Shown here: positions 26,868 to 41,102 of the stretch, piece after piece | Numbering within the stretch: position 1 is the stretch's first letter | Layout: every line of letters starts with the position of its first letter | Assembly (NCBI RefSeq): GCF_018350175.1 | Contig: NC_058368.1 | Span: forward strand, 17,920,001 to 17,984,000 | Source: Felis catus | Taxonomy: Eukaryota | DNA: 64,000 bases | Direction: 5' to 3' | Notes under the pieces: model-generated | Told to the model about the DNA's origin: nothing | The model's input: the letters and a program-made list of their open reading frames with translations, nothing else | Database searches by the model: none | Position numbers and translations under genes: made by a program

Positions 26868-27084
26868 TTTTTTTTAATGTTTATTTTTGAGAGAGAGAGA
26901 GAGAGAGAGAGACAGAGCATGAGTGGGGGAGGGACAGAGAGAGAGGGAGACACAGAATCCCAAGTAGGCTCCAGGCTCTGAGCTGTCAGCACAGAGCCCG
27001 ACGTGGGGTTAGAACTCAGGAACCATAAGATCATGACCTGAGCCGAGGTTGGATGCTTACCTGACTGAGCCACCCAGGTGCCCC
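26868..27084 (-). mobile_element. CanSINE
   Basis: Full element; TSD ccaatgtagctttt at 26854-26867 and 27086-27099. Confidence 0.94.
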
Positions 27085-28912
27085 ACCAATGTAGCTTTTC
27101 AAGCTTAATCTTTCTTTACTTCTTTTGTATTTATCACTCCAGCAAAATTAAACTGTGTATAGTTTCCCAAACACATCCTACGATTTCCTGTCTTGGCAGA
27201 TTCTTCTCTCTTTTTCTGGAAGATATCTTTAATATTTTATATTAATTATATTAACATTTTAACTTTATCCCATTATTAAAATTCACCTCATCCTCAAAGG
27301 CCCATCGCACGTGCTACCTTTAAACTTTTCCTCATCCCGTCCACCCCCAAAAATATTTTTTACCTTGACCTTTCCTAGAATCTCATAACATCATGTTTGT
27401 AAGTCTCACAAAGCATCTTATTTGGCATCTATTACGCTTAGTGGTCTAGGGGCTTCTGTCTGCTTTCTTAACGATCTCATTCATTCTCACAGCTTTACCA
27501 TCACCAGATACTGACAACTCTTATCATGATGTCTCCTTCAAGCGTGACCTTCACACGCCCAACTGCCTGCAAGACAGTTGCAAGACTCACTGCAAACTCA
27601 ATAGTGTTCAAACCCGGAATCACTACTATCCCTCAGCACACCCTTTCTCCCCTGAACCCTTTATTTTAGTTGGTGACACAACCACAGACTTATTCCCAAT
27701 ATAGGTCCTGATTTAGACCCTCATCTTTTCTCACCCAGACGGGACATTAGTCCCTAGTGATCCTCTGTCCTGAATCATAACTCTCTAAATCTACTCTACA
27801 GAAAGTGGTCTACCTAAAACACACACATAACAATAACTGCGCACTGCTTAAACCAGTCAACGTCTCCACATCACATCAAATTAAAGTCCAAGTTCCCCGA
27901 AAGAGCCTGAAGCAGGACCTGGTCTGCTGGGCTGTGCTTAGAAGGTGAAACAGCAGAGAGTGAGCATTACAACCTGAAGGCACTCTGACCCCAAAGCCCT
28001 CTTCCACCCAAATTCCATGTCGCCATACCACGTTGGCCAGCCCTTCTTCAGGAACAGAACACAGGGAGCCAAAGTTGCCTCAGAATCTATCAGCAATGAA
28101 CACAGGCAAATCTTTCTTCATTTTTCATCTCCCATTCCCGGTCATGTTCTTGGAAGGCTTTGGGGACTTGAAGCGAGGAAAACTCATACTTCCCACAATG
28201 ATTTCTTTTACCTTCCGAACCACAAAATCTAGAGAACTGAAATCTTACTTCGTCTCTGAGAAGATGTATATAATTTCTAAATATCCAGCAGGATTCATAA
28301 AAAACTATGTCAAGGAAAGAAGAGGTAGAGGTGGCCCGTTAGAGGGCAGAATGATAATCAAAAGCTGAGCAGGAAAATAACCTCACAATTTGTTTGTGGC
28401 AACCACAGTTTAACCAGATGGAAGCTATGGCAGATATAAGATGGTTTCATCTGAAGTAACAGCAACTGTCAGTCTGGTAACAACAGTGTGCGTGCATGTG
28501 TGCGTGTGTGTGTCTGTGTGTTTGTGTGTGTGATGGTGGTGGTGTGGTGGGATTTTCCTTTTACGTGTTTCAGGCCATAGACTAAAATAAATAAGGCTGT
28601 CTCTTGAAGGGAAATGTTCAAAGATGGAAGACCCTATCATTTCTTTTACTCATGGTTTACATTCTTTATCTTCTCATCCAATCGGATTCAGTAAACAAGA
28701 AGCCTCAATTCCCATTGGACAGCCATTTAGCCATTCGATTGAAAATGTAAACACCAAAAAACTGTTTTGGATAGTCCAGATTTTAGCCAACCTTATTCTT
28801 TTTAGGAACTCTCAAGAGATGCCTTCTACTGCAAATAAGGTTGAAGAATCAATGTTTCCGAGTGTATATATAAAAGATTAAGAATAAACACAGTTAAACA
28901 CAAACCACAAAA

Positions 28913-29552
28913 GAACAAATGTTACCAAGGATGTGGATAAATGGAAATCTTTGTACAGCACTGGTAGTCATGAAACATAGTGCTGCTGCCATGCAAAGTA
29001 GTATGGAGGTTTCTTAAAATATTACAAACAGAATTACCATATGATCCAGGAGTCCCATTTCTAAGTACATCTCCAAAGGGATTGAAAACAGAATCTCAAA
29101 GGCATGTTTGCACTCCCATGTTTATTATATTCACAATAGTCAAGAAGAGGAATCAATCAAAATACCCATCAACAGTTGAATAGGTAAAGAAATCTCAGTA
29201 TATACACACAAAGGAATAATATCCATTCTTAAAAATGAAGGAAATCCTGCCATATGCTACAACATGAAAGAACCTCGAGGATATCATGCTAAGTGAAATC
29301 AAAAGCCAAATACTTCATGATTCTACTTACATGAGATACCTAGAATAGTTAAAATCATAGAGACAGAAAATAGAATGGTAGTCACCAGAGCCTGGAGAGA
29401 GGGGAAAAGGACATGGTCCCATGTGGATAGCAAGCGTCCTGGTTTTGCAAGATGAGAAAAGTTCTGAAGATCAGTTTCCAAATAAGGTGCATACAGTCAA
29501 AACAACTGACCTGTTAAGATGGTAAATTTTACGTTATATGTTTTTTAGCACA
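28913..29552 (+). mobile_element. Old L1 (L1MA/MB-like) 3' end
   Basis: ORF VWRFLKILQTELPYDPGVPFL...CTPMFI followed by L1M-type 3' UTR ending gttaagatggtaaattttacgttatatg. Confidence 0.85.
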
Positions 29553-31199
29553 TTAGAGAAATGGGAAGTGGCAATTCCTCATAATTCTAGCACCCTAAAA
29601 AATCACTGCTTTCTTTTTCCATTTGCCAATCTATTCTTTGACCCTATAAATAAAGAATAGGAATGCCTAGTTATGTTCATAGTCCACATTCACATCTGTG
29701 TCTGGCTTTTTTCTATTTCCCACATTACTACGGGTTATTTTGCAATTTACATGACCATTGAATTGCGTAGGCTAGTATGAAATGAAGAATGTAAACACAT
29801 CCTCAATAATTTTTATATTTATTACATGGTAGAATGATAATATTTTGCATATATCAATTAAATAAAATATAGTATTAAATCAAAAAATATACTGGGGGGA
29901 AAACGAACTGGACAAAGATATTATACCACAGAACAAGGAATTCCTAAGCAGGGTAGTATTTGTATCCTACATAATCAGACAGCAAAATAGTAAGCTTTCA
30001 CAGAAATACCTTGAAAGTCACCTAAAGTTGTATACAATTGAATATAAAATAAAACATTGAAGAAACAGAGCAATCTAAAGGATTCCTCACCTAAGGCTCA
30101 GAGCCATGGTCCTCAGAATTTTTTTTTTTTAACTTTGTGTGTACGTCCCAGTCCCCATTGGGAATCAGATGAAAATCTGAGACCTCTTTCCAGCAATATG
30201 TGCACATGCACATATGTAAGGCCCAGACATAAATCTATAAATGTGTGAAATAAGAAGCCTTAATTTTGAGGTGTAAGACCTGTGCTTCGTAAACAATATT
30301 ATACAGTAACGTGCTGTTCACGTTACTTCTGTTCTGTTCAAACACTTCTCTCTAAGAAGTAAAAGCTTTATACCTAGTTTTTGTGACTTCGGAAAAGGCA
30401 AACCACACTACAGTCCGATTTTCTACGGAGGGTAGCCTTGGCCGCTCGCCCTCCTTCTGTTCACGTCTGTAGTATTTTGGCTGTCCTGTGTTGCCTCCAC
30501 CTTTCTGTCTTCCTGTCCCATCTACTCCCTGGGCTGTGATCGTCACCTTTCGCTTTAAGCCTCAGCTACTGTACAGATCGCCAAACGTTAACCTTGTGAG
30601 CTTTCGTGTCTGAGCCATCAAACACTGGTGGAAAAAGCTGTCTTTGTCCTAAATCACAGGATTAGTGGAAGCCGTCAGTCAGTGACCAGTAGTGTCTACT
30701 CCTCCAAGTCACGTGATCTTTGAGCCATAGGGTCATAAAGGTAGGGCAAGAGGATCAGCATCCTCGGGAAAGCAAGGACTGTTTCTGAGATTAAAGGTAA
30801 GGGACACACTCTAATGGCTGGTGATGGCAAATGTCCTAGCTTACACTCTCATAAAAGAAAAACCAACCAGGGTTGAAACTAAGTGTACTGTATGCAGATT
30901 GCTTTTATCTAACAAAGCCATGTCTACTGCTTTTGGAGATTTGTAAAAATGAGTGGTATACAATTCTAAATACAATAATACTTGGGGTAGAGAGATTTTT
31001 GATAGATTTTGTCTTATCAAAATAGGAGAAAATGAACAATAAATATCCTTTATTTCTTCTTATTACTCCTATATCTATTAAGGGTACAAAACCAAGTAGG
31101 TGAAACAAGTTAATTCCTGAAGTAGATTATTTTACAATTTAAATATGAGTTCATATCATAGATCTTAGCCTTTAAGATAGATATCTTTCTCAATGTGTT

Positions 31200-31434
31200 T
31201 TTTTATTTTCGAAAAAAATTTTTTAACGTTTATTTATTTTTGAGAGAGATAGACAGAGACAAGAGTGCGAACAGGGGAGGGGCAGAGAGAAAGAGGGAGA
31301 CACAGAATCCGAAGCAGGCTCCAGGCTCTGAGCTGTCAGTACAGAGCGTGATTCGGGGCTTGAACCCATGAGCCATGAGATCATGACCTGACCTGAAGTC
31401 AGAGGCTCAACCGACTGAGCCACCCAGGTGCCCC
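31200..31434 (-). mobile_element. CanSINE
   Basis: Reverse-complement SINE ending cacccaggtgcccc. Confidence 0.92.
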
Positions 31435-31462
31435 TTAGTGTGTTTAAAACAAGAACAAAAAC

Positions 31463-31694
31463 GGGGCGCCTGGGTGGCGCAGTCGGTTAAGCGTCCGACT
31501 TCAGCCAGGTCACGATCTCGCGGTCTGTGAGTTCGAGCCCCGCGTCGGGCTCTGGGCTGATGGCTCGGAGCCTGGAGCCTGTTTCCGATTCTGTGTCTCC
31601 CTCTCTCTCTGCCCCTCCCCCGTTCATGCTCTGTCTCTCTCTGTCCCAAAAATAAATTAAAAAAAACGTTGAAAAAAAAATTAAAAAAAAAAAC
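31463..31694 (+). mobile_element. Young felid SINE
   Basis: Near-identical to 902-1118; TSD caagaacaaaaac at 31450-31462 and 31695-31707. Confidence 0.95.
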
Positions 31695-31938
31695 CAAGAA
31701 CAAAAACAAAAACCTGCTCACACAGTTTGTGCTAAGATTAAGAAATATTTAATAAAAATTTAAAAGGCGTTTTAAGAGACCAATGATTATTAAAACAGTT
31801 TAAATTTGAGAATGAGTATTGCATCTAAGGAAAAGCAACCACAATCACAAAAGTAGAAAAATTCCAGGTTTCAAGGTCAGAAATTTATAAGCCTTTGTTT
31901 TACATAACCTGTTTCAAAATACTTTCAAAGTTACAAGG

Positions 31939-32160
31939 TTTTATGTTTTTATTTTTTTGATGTTTTTTATATTTATTTTTGAGAGAGACAGAGCATAAGT
32001 AGGGAAGGGACAGAGAGAGAGGGAAACATAGAATCTGAAGCAGGCTCCAGGCTCTGAGCTGTCAGAACAGAGCCCCACCAGGGCTCTTCAGGAACCATGA
32101 GATCATGACCTGAGCCGAAGTCAGAAGGAAGCTCAACCAACTGAGCCACCCAGGCACCCC
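31939..32160 (-). mobile_element. CanSINE
   Basis: Reverse-complement SINE ending gccacccaggcacccc. Confidence 0.9.
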
Positions 32161-32194
32161 ACCCTGTGCTTTTTTTTTTAATTTACAAGTTTTT

Positions 32195-32410
32195 AAAAAT
32201 TTTTGTTAATGTTTATTTATTTTTGAAGGAGAGAGAGACAGAGTTGGGGGGGGGCGGGTTGCAAAGAGAGAGGGAGACACAGAATCTGAAGCAGGCTCCA
32301 GGCTCTGAGCTGTCAGCACAGAACCCGACACAGGGCTCGAACCACAAACTGTGAGATCATGACCTGAGCCAAAGTCAGACACTCAACCGAATGAGCCACC
32401 CAGGCGCCCC
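32195..32410 (-). mobile_element. CanSINE
   Basis: ttaatttacaagttttt on both flanks as TSD. Confidence 0.92.
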
Positions 32411-34583
32411 TTAATTTACAAGTTTTTAAAAGACAGTGTTTCTTTATTCTACTTTGCCCCACAAGAAAGTATTGGAAATAATTTTAAATCTAGTTAATCC
32501 TTTCTAATACTAGTATTTATGAGTTGGCTAACAGTTCATCTGTTTTGAAACCTTATAGGAAATACATATAAAATGTAAAAAGGGAAGCTTGGAATAGTTT
32601 TCCTCAATTTCCTAATCATTCAAGTCACAGATGTTAAAAACCTACATGGGATCCATGGCACCTTCTCTGATCATCCCTGGGGAAACAGAGATGTCTCTGG
32701 ACAGAACAGGAACAGCTTTACCAGAACTCTTCTGTGTCACAGAGAGGGAGGCAACATAGCACATGGGGGGTGAGGGGTGGGAAGAACAGTTTGGGGCTCA
32801 CCTGATTCATGTTTGAATTGCAGCATGGCCACTAATTTGCTCCATGCTCTTGACTTCTCTAAACCTCCGCTTTCCCATCTGTGAAACAGGGCCAGTCCTC
32901 CCTTACAGAAATGTGGTAGAGATTGCACATAAGAACGTCCAGCCTATAGTGAGTATATAATAGATATCTATTTTTGTGTGTTTTACACCTTGTCCTCCCA
33001 GCTCCACTGCAGCGCGAGGTCTAGCAGCCGTATTTAGTTGGAGGATGACAAGCCAAAGTCCCTGGGAACAGAGACCGCTTCATAAGCGGTGGGAGAAAGG
33101 TGCAAGCAGGACGTGGGATGTGGTGCCTCCCTTTATCAGGCGAGGAGGTGGGTCCCACAGGTTTTACTTCTACTCCCTCCTCCCTGCTCTGCTTCATCAA
33201 ATGAAAACCCAATCATGACCACATATGTGGGTGACCAGAGCTATATTACCTTTCCTGGAAGTAGCAGAGTCCAGAGCATAGATGTGAAGGCAGAAAGGTA
33301 ACATGTTCATAAACCCCAGATTGTGATCCAGCTAAATGCCCACAGAGCAATCGTTTCAGAAGCTGCTAGTATATTGACTCGCATTTCATACTTCAGCATA
33401 GGGAAGTGATGATTTTTTCAATGTATTTTTCCCAGTCTCCCAGCACATCATTACCTACATAAATTAAAAACTAGTACAATGAAACTCCACAGAGAGTCGT
33501 AACATACCATTGTATTCTTATCTTTGTCCTTCACTACTAATTCTTTACGCCCAGGGATCCAGAAGCATGAGGTGGCCGGATTTATTTTGAGCCTCACTTT
33601 AATTCCAAAATACCCTGTGATATGCCACAGAAGTAGTCAACTGAAGGATGAGAAGCAGCAAAGGGCGCTGGTAGCAATGTGGCATTTCGGAAGTTCAAGT
33701 TCGGAGGTGAGGGGGACACGAGGGGCAGGTCCTGGGAAGCAGGCGCCTTCCTCCGCTGGTCGGTTCCCTCTGCGGGGCTGCAGTTTCTCCTTGTGGCTCA
33801 TTTCTAGCCATGGGGCAGCCGAGCGCAGACTGTGGGCAGCTTCTGATCTTCGGATTTACTTTCAGCAGCTGCAGGATAATCTGTGCTGACAAGTGTGATT
33901 CGAAATCACCAATTTACTTGTAAATCTGTGCAGACCGCAGAGGGGCCAGCATTTACTTTCCATTCAGGTTTATGCACTGTGCACGGAGCCCTGGAGGAGA
34001 TCCCTCTTCCTTCTGCTTTATTACAATTCAATTTCACTTGTAAACCAAACCTACCCCAGGGGCTTTTTTTTTTTTTTTTTTTTTTTAATATAATGGTTTA
34101 TCTTCCGTCTTCCTGGGACGAGTGACTCTTTGGCAATCCCATTTTGAACTTGTCTCTATGTCTCCAAAGATGCAGAGGAAAGAAGCTCATTTTTCACTGC
34201 TCTAATTTCTGATCATTTTACCAGAGTTCATACAGACTAGATTTGGGTCAGAGTGATTTACCAGGGCAACGCAGTTAAAGTCAGTAAAACACTAGCGCCG
34301 TGGATGAGAATGGACTGCTCAGGTTGGTGGAGTTTGCTGCTTTAAATTTCATGTTAGGAAAACTGGCACGGGCTGACTTCAAAGATGGTAAATTGAGCAT
34401 TAGTTCAAATCTGTGGTGTGACAGGTACTACTATTAAGCACTTGTTCTTCCTGTTTCATTAGGAATCAAAGAAGCAAAGCTTCCATACTATTAACTAGAA
34501 GTGAGAGAATAAAATACGTTTAATTCCCAGGCAAAAACGAGAAAGATGGGAATTCACACCTCTGGCTCCTTTCTGCGTTAGAG

Positions 34584-34726
34584 CAGGACAGCTTCCTGGT
34601 GCAACGACACGTGGCCACACCTCGGTTTAATGCTCTGGTGTCGCCATCTTGAAACTCCTAATCCCTTTTGAAGGGGCCCCCCATTCTCCTTTTGCACCGG
34701 ACCCCGCAGATTATGTCACCAGTCCT
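34584..34726. mobile_element. MER53-like hAT DNA transposon relic
   Basis: ggtttaatgctctggtgtcgccatcttgaaa...ggggccc...tttgcaccggaccccgcagattatgt matches the recalled MER53 consensus. Confidence 0.7.
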
Positions 34727-37675
34727 ACATGAGAGGTGTGGACATTATTAATCTGTCATCCTTCCCTCCTTACTAACAGGATTCATCCTTGTGGCGGCTA
34801 TGTGTTGAGACATACGGTGTGCTAAAGATGTGAGGAACTCTAATGAGACAGATCTATGCATTATCCTTGTGGAATCAACAGGATAAAGAGACACCCAGAA
34901 CCGTGGAAAACCAGTAACATTTAAATAAGAAAAAAATATCTAAGTGCTAAACCGACATTTAAAACTTGAGCAAATACCCCACGTGGCAGCTGAAAAGGAT
35001 CTAGTCCTCAAGTGAACAAACACCCCCGACTCTGCTGCTCCTCTTGGCCTTTTCCTTCCCTCTTCCATGCGACACACTGAGAGACAAAGCAAAGCGCGGC
35101 TCCGCCAAGCACAACGCGGTAACACTCGGGGGCCAATGGTAGCTCGCAGTTTGGGGAAATCTTTTTACACATTCGAAAAGCTAGCATTTTGGAAAAAGGC
35201 ACGAGTCCTTCCAAATAAAAGTGAAAGGAGAGAATCTCGGTGGGCATACACTCAGGTGTTCTACTTGTCTCAAAAAGAGCCAATTCCCACCTACCCCGAA
35301 GAGCCGTTGTCCCACTAGGTATATTGTGATCATCTACCAGACGGTCTGGCATGGTGGCCCTAATGACGATCACATTATCCATATTGATTGAGGGCTTACG
35401 GGTGTCCTTCTAACAACCCCGATATCGACGGCTGCGTTTGCTAATATTTGAAATAGAAATGTTTAGTAACACAGAAGCAAGAATGTCCTGGTAGCTGGCC
35501 AGATACAACATGCTCTCCATCAACAAAGGCTGAACGAGAGGGAAGGTTTCTCAATGCCACACTCACCACCTTTAAAATACACACTGGCAGCCTGTGCCAA
35601 CCCGTATCACTGACAATTTCTCTCTTTCCTTTTCGGGAGAGGAGCAAACGAGTTCGTTTTTATCGAAAGTAAATGGCTGAATCAATCATCATGGAGTGAT
35701 AGGAAAAAGCACCCTAGACAGACCCCTGACAAAAATGGCTAAATCAACACGGAGTAATGGCTGTGGACTATCTCACAGTGACGTTTCCTATTGCTGGCTA
35801 TTTTAGTGTTGTGTGCTGCTTTGAGTGTAACTAAAACAGGAACAGGTCAAACAAGATCATCTTTGGAAATTAACTTGATCAGGAATGTTTACATTTAAAC
35901 ACGTCTTTATTTTCAGCACAGGGCTATCGGCATCCAAAACAGAACATTCCACAGAATCTCTTTTGCTATGAGGTACGAGGGTGCTGGACATAAGAAGGGA
36001 CCTAGCCAAAAGAAGGGAGGGGATTAATCATAGTGGAACATAGGGGAGACAGGCCAAACATGTCCTAGACTCCAAACTGGGTGCCTGGATTTAAAATTTC
36101 CCAGAGTAGTTTTAGCAAATCAGCCAAATGAACGTAAAAATAGCGATAGGTACAGGGTGTGCTGAGAGACTGTGTCTGGGGGGGCTGGCAGTCATACATG
36201 GTCGAGAGTGCTCCCCCCAGACTTCCTGCCAGGAGGGGAAAAAAAGATAAGTTCCAAGGAAGTTGATGAAAGGCAGGATTCCTTCAAGTTGTGAAATCAG
36301 AGAAGACTTTATGAAGAAGTCAACATTCCAGTCAGGCCTTGAAAGACACAGATTCTGGGTGTGGGCAAAGGGGATAGAGAGGGTGAAGGAAACAGCGTCA
36401 GCAAAGGCACAATAGTGGGATTAGGTAGCAAGTGCGCAGGAAACACTATACAATTCAGTTTGGTCAAAGTGGGGTGCACAGGAAGGGGCTGAGTGAGTGG
36501 TAATGTGACAAATGGAGCTTGGGAGCACGTTGTAGAAGGTCCTTAACATCCAGGGAGCAACCCAGGTATTTGGGGCATGAAGGTCCATGATCACAACCAA
36601 GAGGATTGTTCTGGAGGCCACGCAAAGATGGATGAGAGGAAGGCGGGTGTGCAGGAAGGCAGCCAAGACATGACAGACATTCACCTCTGGCACAGGCCTT
36701 CGGAGTCCTTTGAAATCATGTGATAGTGCACCATGACGCTGAATGAGAACAATATTTAATGCCAGATGATTTTTTACGTGATTGCTCAGAGATCATGACT
36801 GTCATAGCAGCACGTTTCAATTACACATAGTTACGCATGACATGAACTTTCTCGTAATATATTAAAGACAGTAAAATGTCTCGTCATTCTACGGGATTCA
36901 GCCTCTGATGTCAAAATAATTCACTGTGTTACAGCACATTCTTCTGCCCCATCTCTATCTTCAATTTCAAAATACATTTCATCTTCCTCTTACGATATAC
37001 TTGGTTTTTAAAGAATTACATACACCCATCAAAGATATTTTCTTTTTATTTTGCTCAGTTCAATTCCCCTATGGATCAGAAATGAAAACTCAAATACCCC
37101 TGAATTGAGCTCTAATCTTAGAGAACATCACTTCAACACACACCTGCAAATAACACTAGCAAGGTTCATTTTATGAAGATAAAATAACTATCTAGCTATA
37201 TAACCAGCACTGAAGCTTGCTGCTGATAGAATAACAATGACATCTTTCTGAGGAAGAGTGAGTCTGGTGACCAAAGCCATGATTTATAAACTCCTTCAGG
37301 TCACAGGCCTGTATTATATTTACTTCTTTGTTTCCCATAGTACCAATCACACTTTCAAGCACAAAGCTGCAGCAGGCTTTTAAGATTAAATGAGAAAATG
37401 TGTACAAAAGTGTTTGTGTATTACAAAATGCCATAGTAAAAGTAGCTGACATTAGTTGACTTGGAACTCCAAAGAACTAATTTTTCTTTCAGTTGGTCTC
37501 TGGGGTCATTCAAAAGAGACAAAAATATAGATAGTAGTAATCAGGCTACAAATACGTGAGGGTGTATCAAAGAAATGGAAGGTTAAAGGAAAAAACATTG
37601 CAGAACCCACAGATGATATAAAAAATATCACCATGATGGAGAAAACCCACAATATGCAGGCAGATGCTTTAGAAG

Positions 37676-37691
37676 GAAGAAAGGAAAGAAA

Positions 37692-37751
<60 letters not shown>

Positions 37752-37842
37752 AGAAAGAAAGGAAGGAAGGAAGGAAGGAAGGAAGGAAGGAAGGAAGGAA
37801 GGAAGGAAGGAAGGAAGGAGGAGGGAAGGGAAGGAAAGGAAA
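37676..37842. repeat. Compound (GAAA)n(GGAA)n polypurine microsatellite
   Basis: About 165 bp of pure purine on the plus strand. Confidence 0.95.
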
Positions 37843-38039
37843 TAATGAAGGAAGGGCTCACTTGTCCAGTTGTTGAGAATACCTATACAGATATCTAGGT
37901 TTCACTTCAAATAATAATCTGTGGAGGTCAAATATGACCAGTTACAAATTCTGTTATGAGGTCCTGAATAATAAGTCACCTGCATTATTAGTTCAAAACT
38001 TAACTGGAGAAATGCAGTAGGGTACAATAGTATACATAG

Positions 38040-38120
38040 TATATATATATAGTGTGTGTGTGTGTATATATCTATATATCTATATATATATATATATAGA
38101 TATATATATATATATATATA
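38040..38120. repeat. Interrupted (TA)n/(TG)n microsatellite
   Basis: TA-rich dinucleotide runs. Confidence 0.9.
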
Positions 38121-38322
38121 ATTTTTATTTCTTTGTCTGCTTCTACTCATTACTTTATCCCTGATAGCTAGAGCAGGATTCAATAAATGTGTGTAATGAA
38201 TGAAGCATATTAGCTTTTTAAGTTATCGTTAAGTTTGAAATTTTAAGTCAGATGAGCTATCATAAGAGCCATCATTTACTGAACATCTACTATATCATAT
38301 TAACATGACTTACACATATTTA

Positions 38323-38540
38323 CTTTGTTATGTTTACATATTTATTTTGGGAGGGAGAGAGAGAGCATGCATGAGCAGGGAATGGACAGAGAGAGAGAGA
38401 GAGAGAGAGAGAGAATCCCAAGCAGGCTCCACCCTATCAGGGCAGAGCCCCACACAGGGCTCAATCTCAAGAACCCTGAGATCACAACCTGAGCTGAGAT
38501 CAGGAGTCAGGCATTTAACCCCAAGCCACCCAGGCGCCCC
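38323..38540 (-). mobile_element. CanSINE
   Basis: 15-bp TSD acttacacatattta at 38308-38322 and 38542-38556. Confidence 0.93.
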
Positions 38541-41102
38541 AACTTACACATATTTAAGCTCCACAAAACCCCAATGAGTCAGGGTTACTATTAGTCTTAG
38601 TTGAAGGAACCGGGGCTGAGAGGCAGTAACTTGCCCAAGGCCACGAGGCTGATGAGTGGCGGAATTCAACCCTGTCCAGATCCTGTGTTCACTCGTTTCA
38701 CACAGCAACACATGGCCATAGAATAATGCAAACACATGAACAGAAGGCAGCACTTGAAGATTTGCTAATACAAGAAAAAAGTACCAGCATTTCATTTTAC
38801 TTACAGTCTTACAGACACAGTTTTTTCCAGGATCTGATTGCATGTAAAATTCTGAAGCATCCCATGTGGGAAGAGCTGTTGTTATTCTAATCTTATGCTG
38901 TAAGTAATGCTACACAAACAATCTGCCACAATTTACAAGCCTAACAAGCTAAATAGAGCAAGTATAGAGAAATGAAAACATTTCCCTCATCCAATATTTT
39001 CCACCATCTTAAAAACTCATCAGATTCAGAGTCCCAGATCAGCCCTAACTGGACGGTAGGATTATTGTGGTAAAACCACTCTGCACAAAGCATAATTGTC
39101 TGAAATTACACTGAAGTCAAATGTACATAAAATGGTGCCACACAGGGAAGGAGAAGAGCTCTATGCTATGTAATTTAATGAAACCTACTGAGCACCAAGG
39201 GCACAGGCAGCCAAATTGAATTTTAAATGGTGTCTACGAGGAGGCTATAATCAGGATAGCCACCAGTGGGTGGATGAGATAAATGAACGGACTTTCTTCC
39301 ACCAGGCAATCAAAATAGAAAGCCATCTTTATGCATAACACCAAAAAAAAAAAAAAAAAAAAAAAAAAGTTAAACTATTCACCCTTTGCTCCTTTGTTTT
39401 TTTTTTTGTTTGTTTTGTTTTTTTTAACTACACGGTCATTTCTAGACTCCTTCCTTCCCTAGGGCATTTTTGTGTTAGTGAGTGAACGTTATGCAGAATA
39501 TTTTTTTTCTCCTACCTTGGCTTTTCTTGTGATTTTTTTCCAGAAAAATGAAATCTAGTCCTACAAAGTGTAAAGTTCTCTGTAATCTCACCAGCGTGGT
39601 GGGTGCTTAGCAGCTGGCACTGTCCAACGGGCAGCTTAGACATGATGATTCGGGTAGACAGAGCTAGGAGCCTGCCTGTCAACCAGGATAGCCAAATGGT
39701 AAAAGGAAGTGTCCGGATTTAAAGTGTCCAGTAAAAGAAGTGTTGAAAGTAAATGAAGTACTACTCTCTCACATGAAGGTTTCAAAGACATACTTTCACG
39801 AATCTACATATTTAACCCTGATCTTTCCAGCTGTCCACCTGCCCTTCGGCCTTGAAGTCCCACCAGAACCTGAACCACAGACTGTCCAGAACTAATCTCA
39901 CCCCCTCGCCACCTGCCGACAGCTCACTCTTCACAATGTCAGGCTCCTTCCAAGAGACACACAGACATGAAAACAGAGGGCCGCCAGTGAGGTTCATTCT
40001 CACCAACGCAATCGGTGGCCAAATCATGTTGATTACATTTTCATCCTCTCTGTTGTATCTTGCATTTCCTGGAGTCTAGAGCCCCACTCTGTAGATATCC
40101 CTAAGGCCCATCGAAATGAAGTGCAGTCCAGGGAGACTTTATTTTACTGAGGGAGGTGACGGGTAGGGAAATAAGGGAACCAAGGCAGAGTCAATCTTGT
40201 AAAGCAAGGGAGGGGAAGATCACAATTCAATGATCATGTGGCCACTAAGCTAACCTCCAACAAATGGGAAAGCGTTTTACAAAGGAACTGGATGAGGAGC
40301 AAAACATTTCAGAGCCCCTATTGTACCCTGGGCTTGGCCCTTTTTGACTTTTTCGATGGGCAGTGAGGAAGATTCAGGAGAAAGGACTCAGGGTTTGTAC
40401 CAAGGTGAGTAAGGCTAGCGGAAGCTCAGCTATCCCACAGCCTACTCAAGATGTATCTCTCACAAGATCTTGAGGACATCAGCCAAAGAACACCTCGCCG
40501 AATCCTCTTAGCACCTGTGCCACATTTATAGGTACAATTCCTCATATAGAGCTTGTGCCTTTTGAAGTCAGACACTGTCATATTCAAGTCAGTATTCAAC
40601 ACAAGTCCTAGCACCTGTGCCCATTCTGCAAAGCAGGAACTTGGGGAGTAGATGCAAAATGGAACTGGATTAAAAATACATATACAATAGCTTTCCAAAC
40701 AGATTATACCAAGTATCAAGTAGACAGAAAATTCTCATTACCTATTCTCTCTCAGGTACTTTGCTAGGCTCTAGGGATAGTGTGGTAAATAAAACAGAGA
40801 AGGCCCCTGCCCTTGGTGTATTACAACCAATTAGAGAAGACATTATACACATCATTGTAAAAATTAAGTAATCACAAGTGTACCAAATGCCTTGAGAAAA
40901 GGTATAGACGTGATAGAGCAACATGGAAAATAATAACAATTGCATATCGGCACCTTTTCCACTCATTTGCCATCCCATTCCATTCCTTTGAAGGGTGCCC
41001 AATTTTAACAGTTGTGTCCCCTAACCAAATATCTAGACATTGGTATTATTTAACTCACCTTTTCAAACAATACACAGAGAAATTCCATAATGACTTTTCT
41101 CT

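Noticed and set aside
37628..37861. ORFs with KKER/KEGR or SFL repeats
   Set aside because: Translations of the GAAA/GGAA microsatellite.
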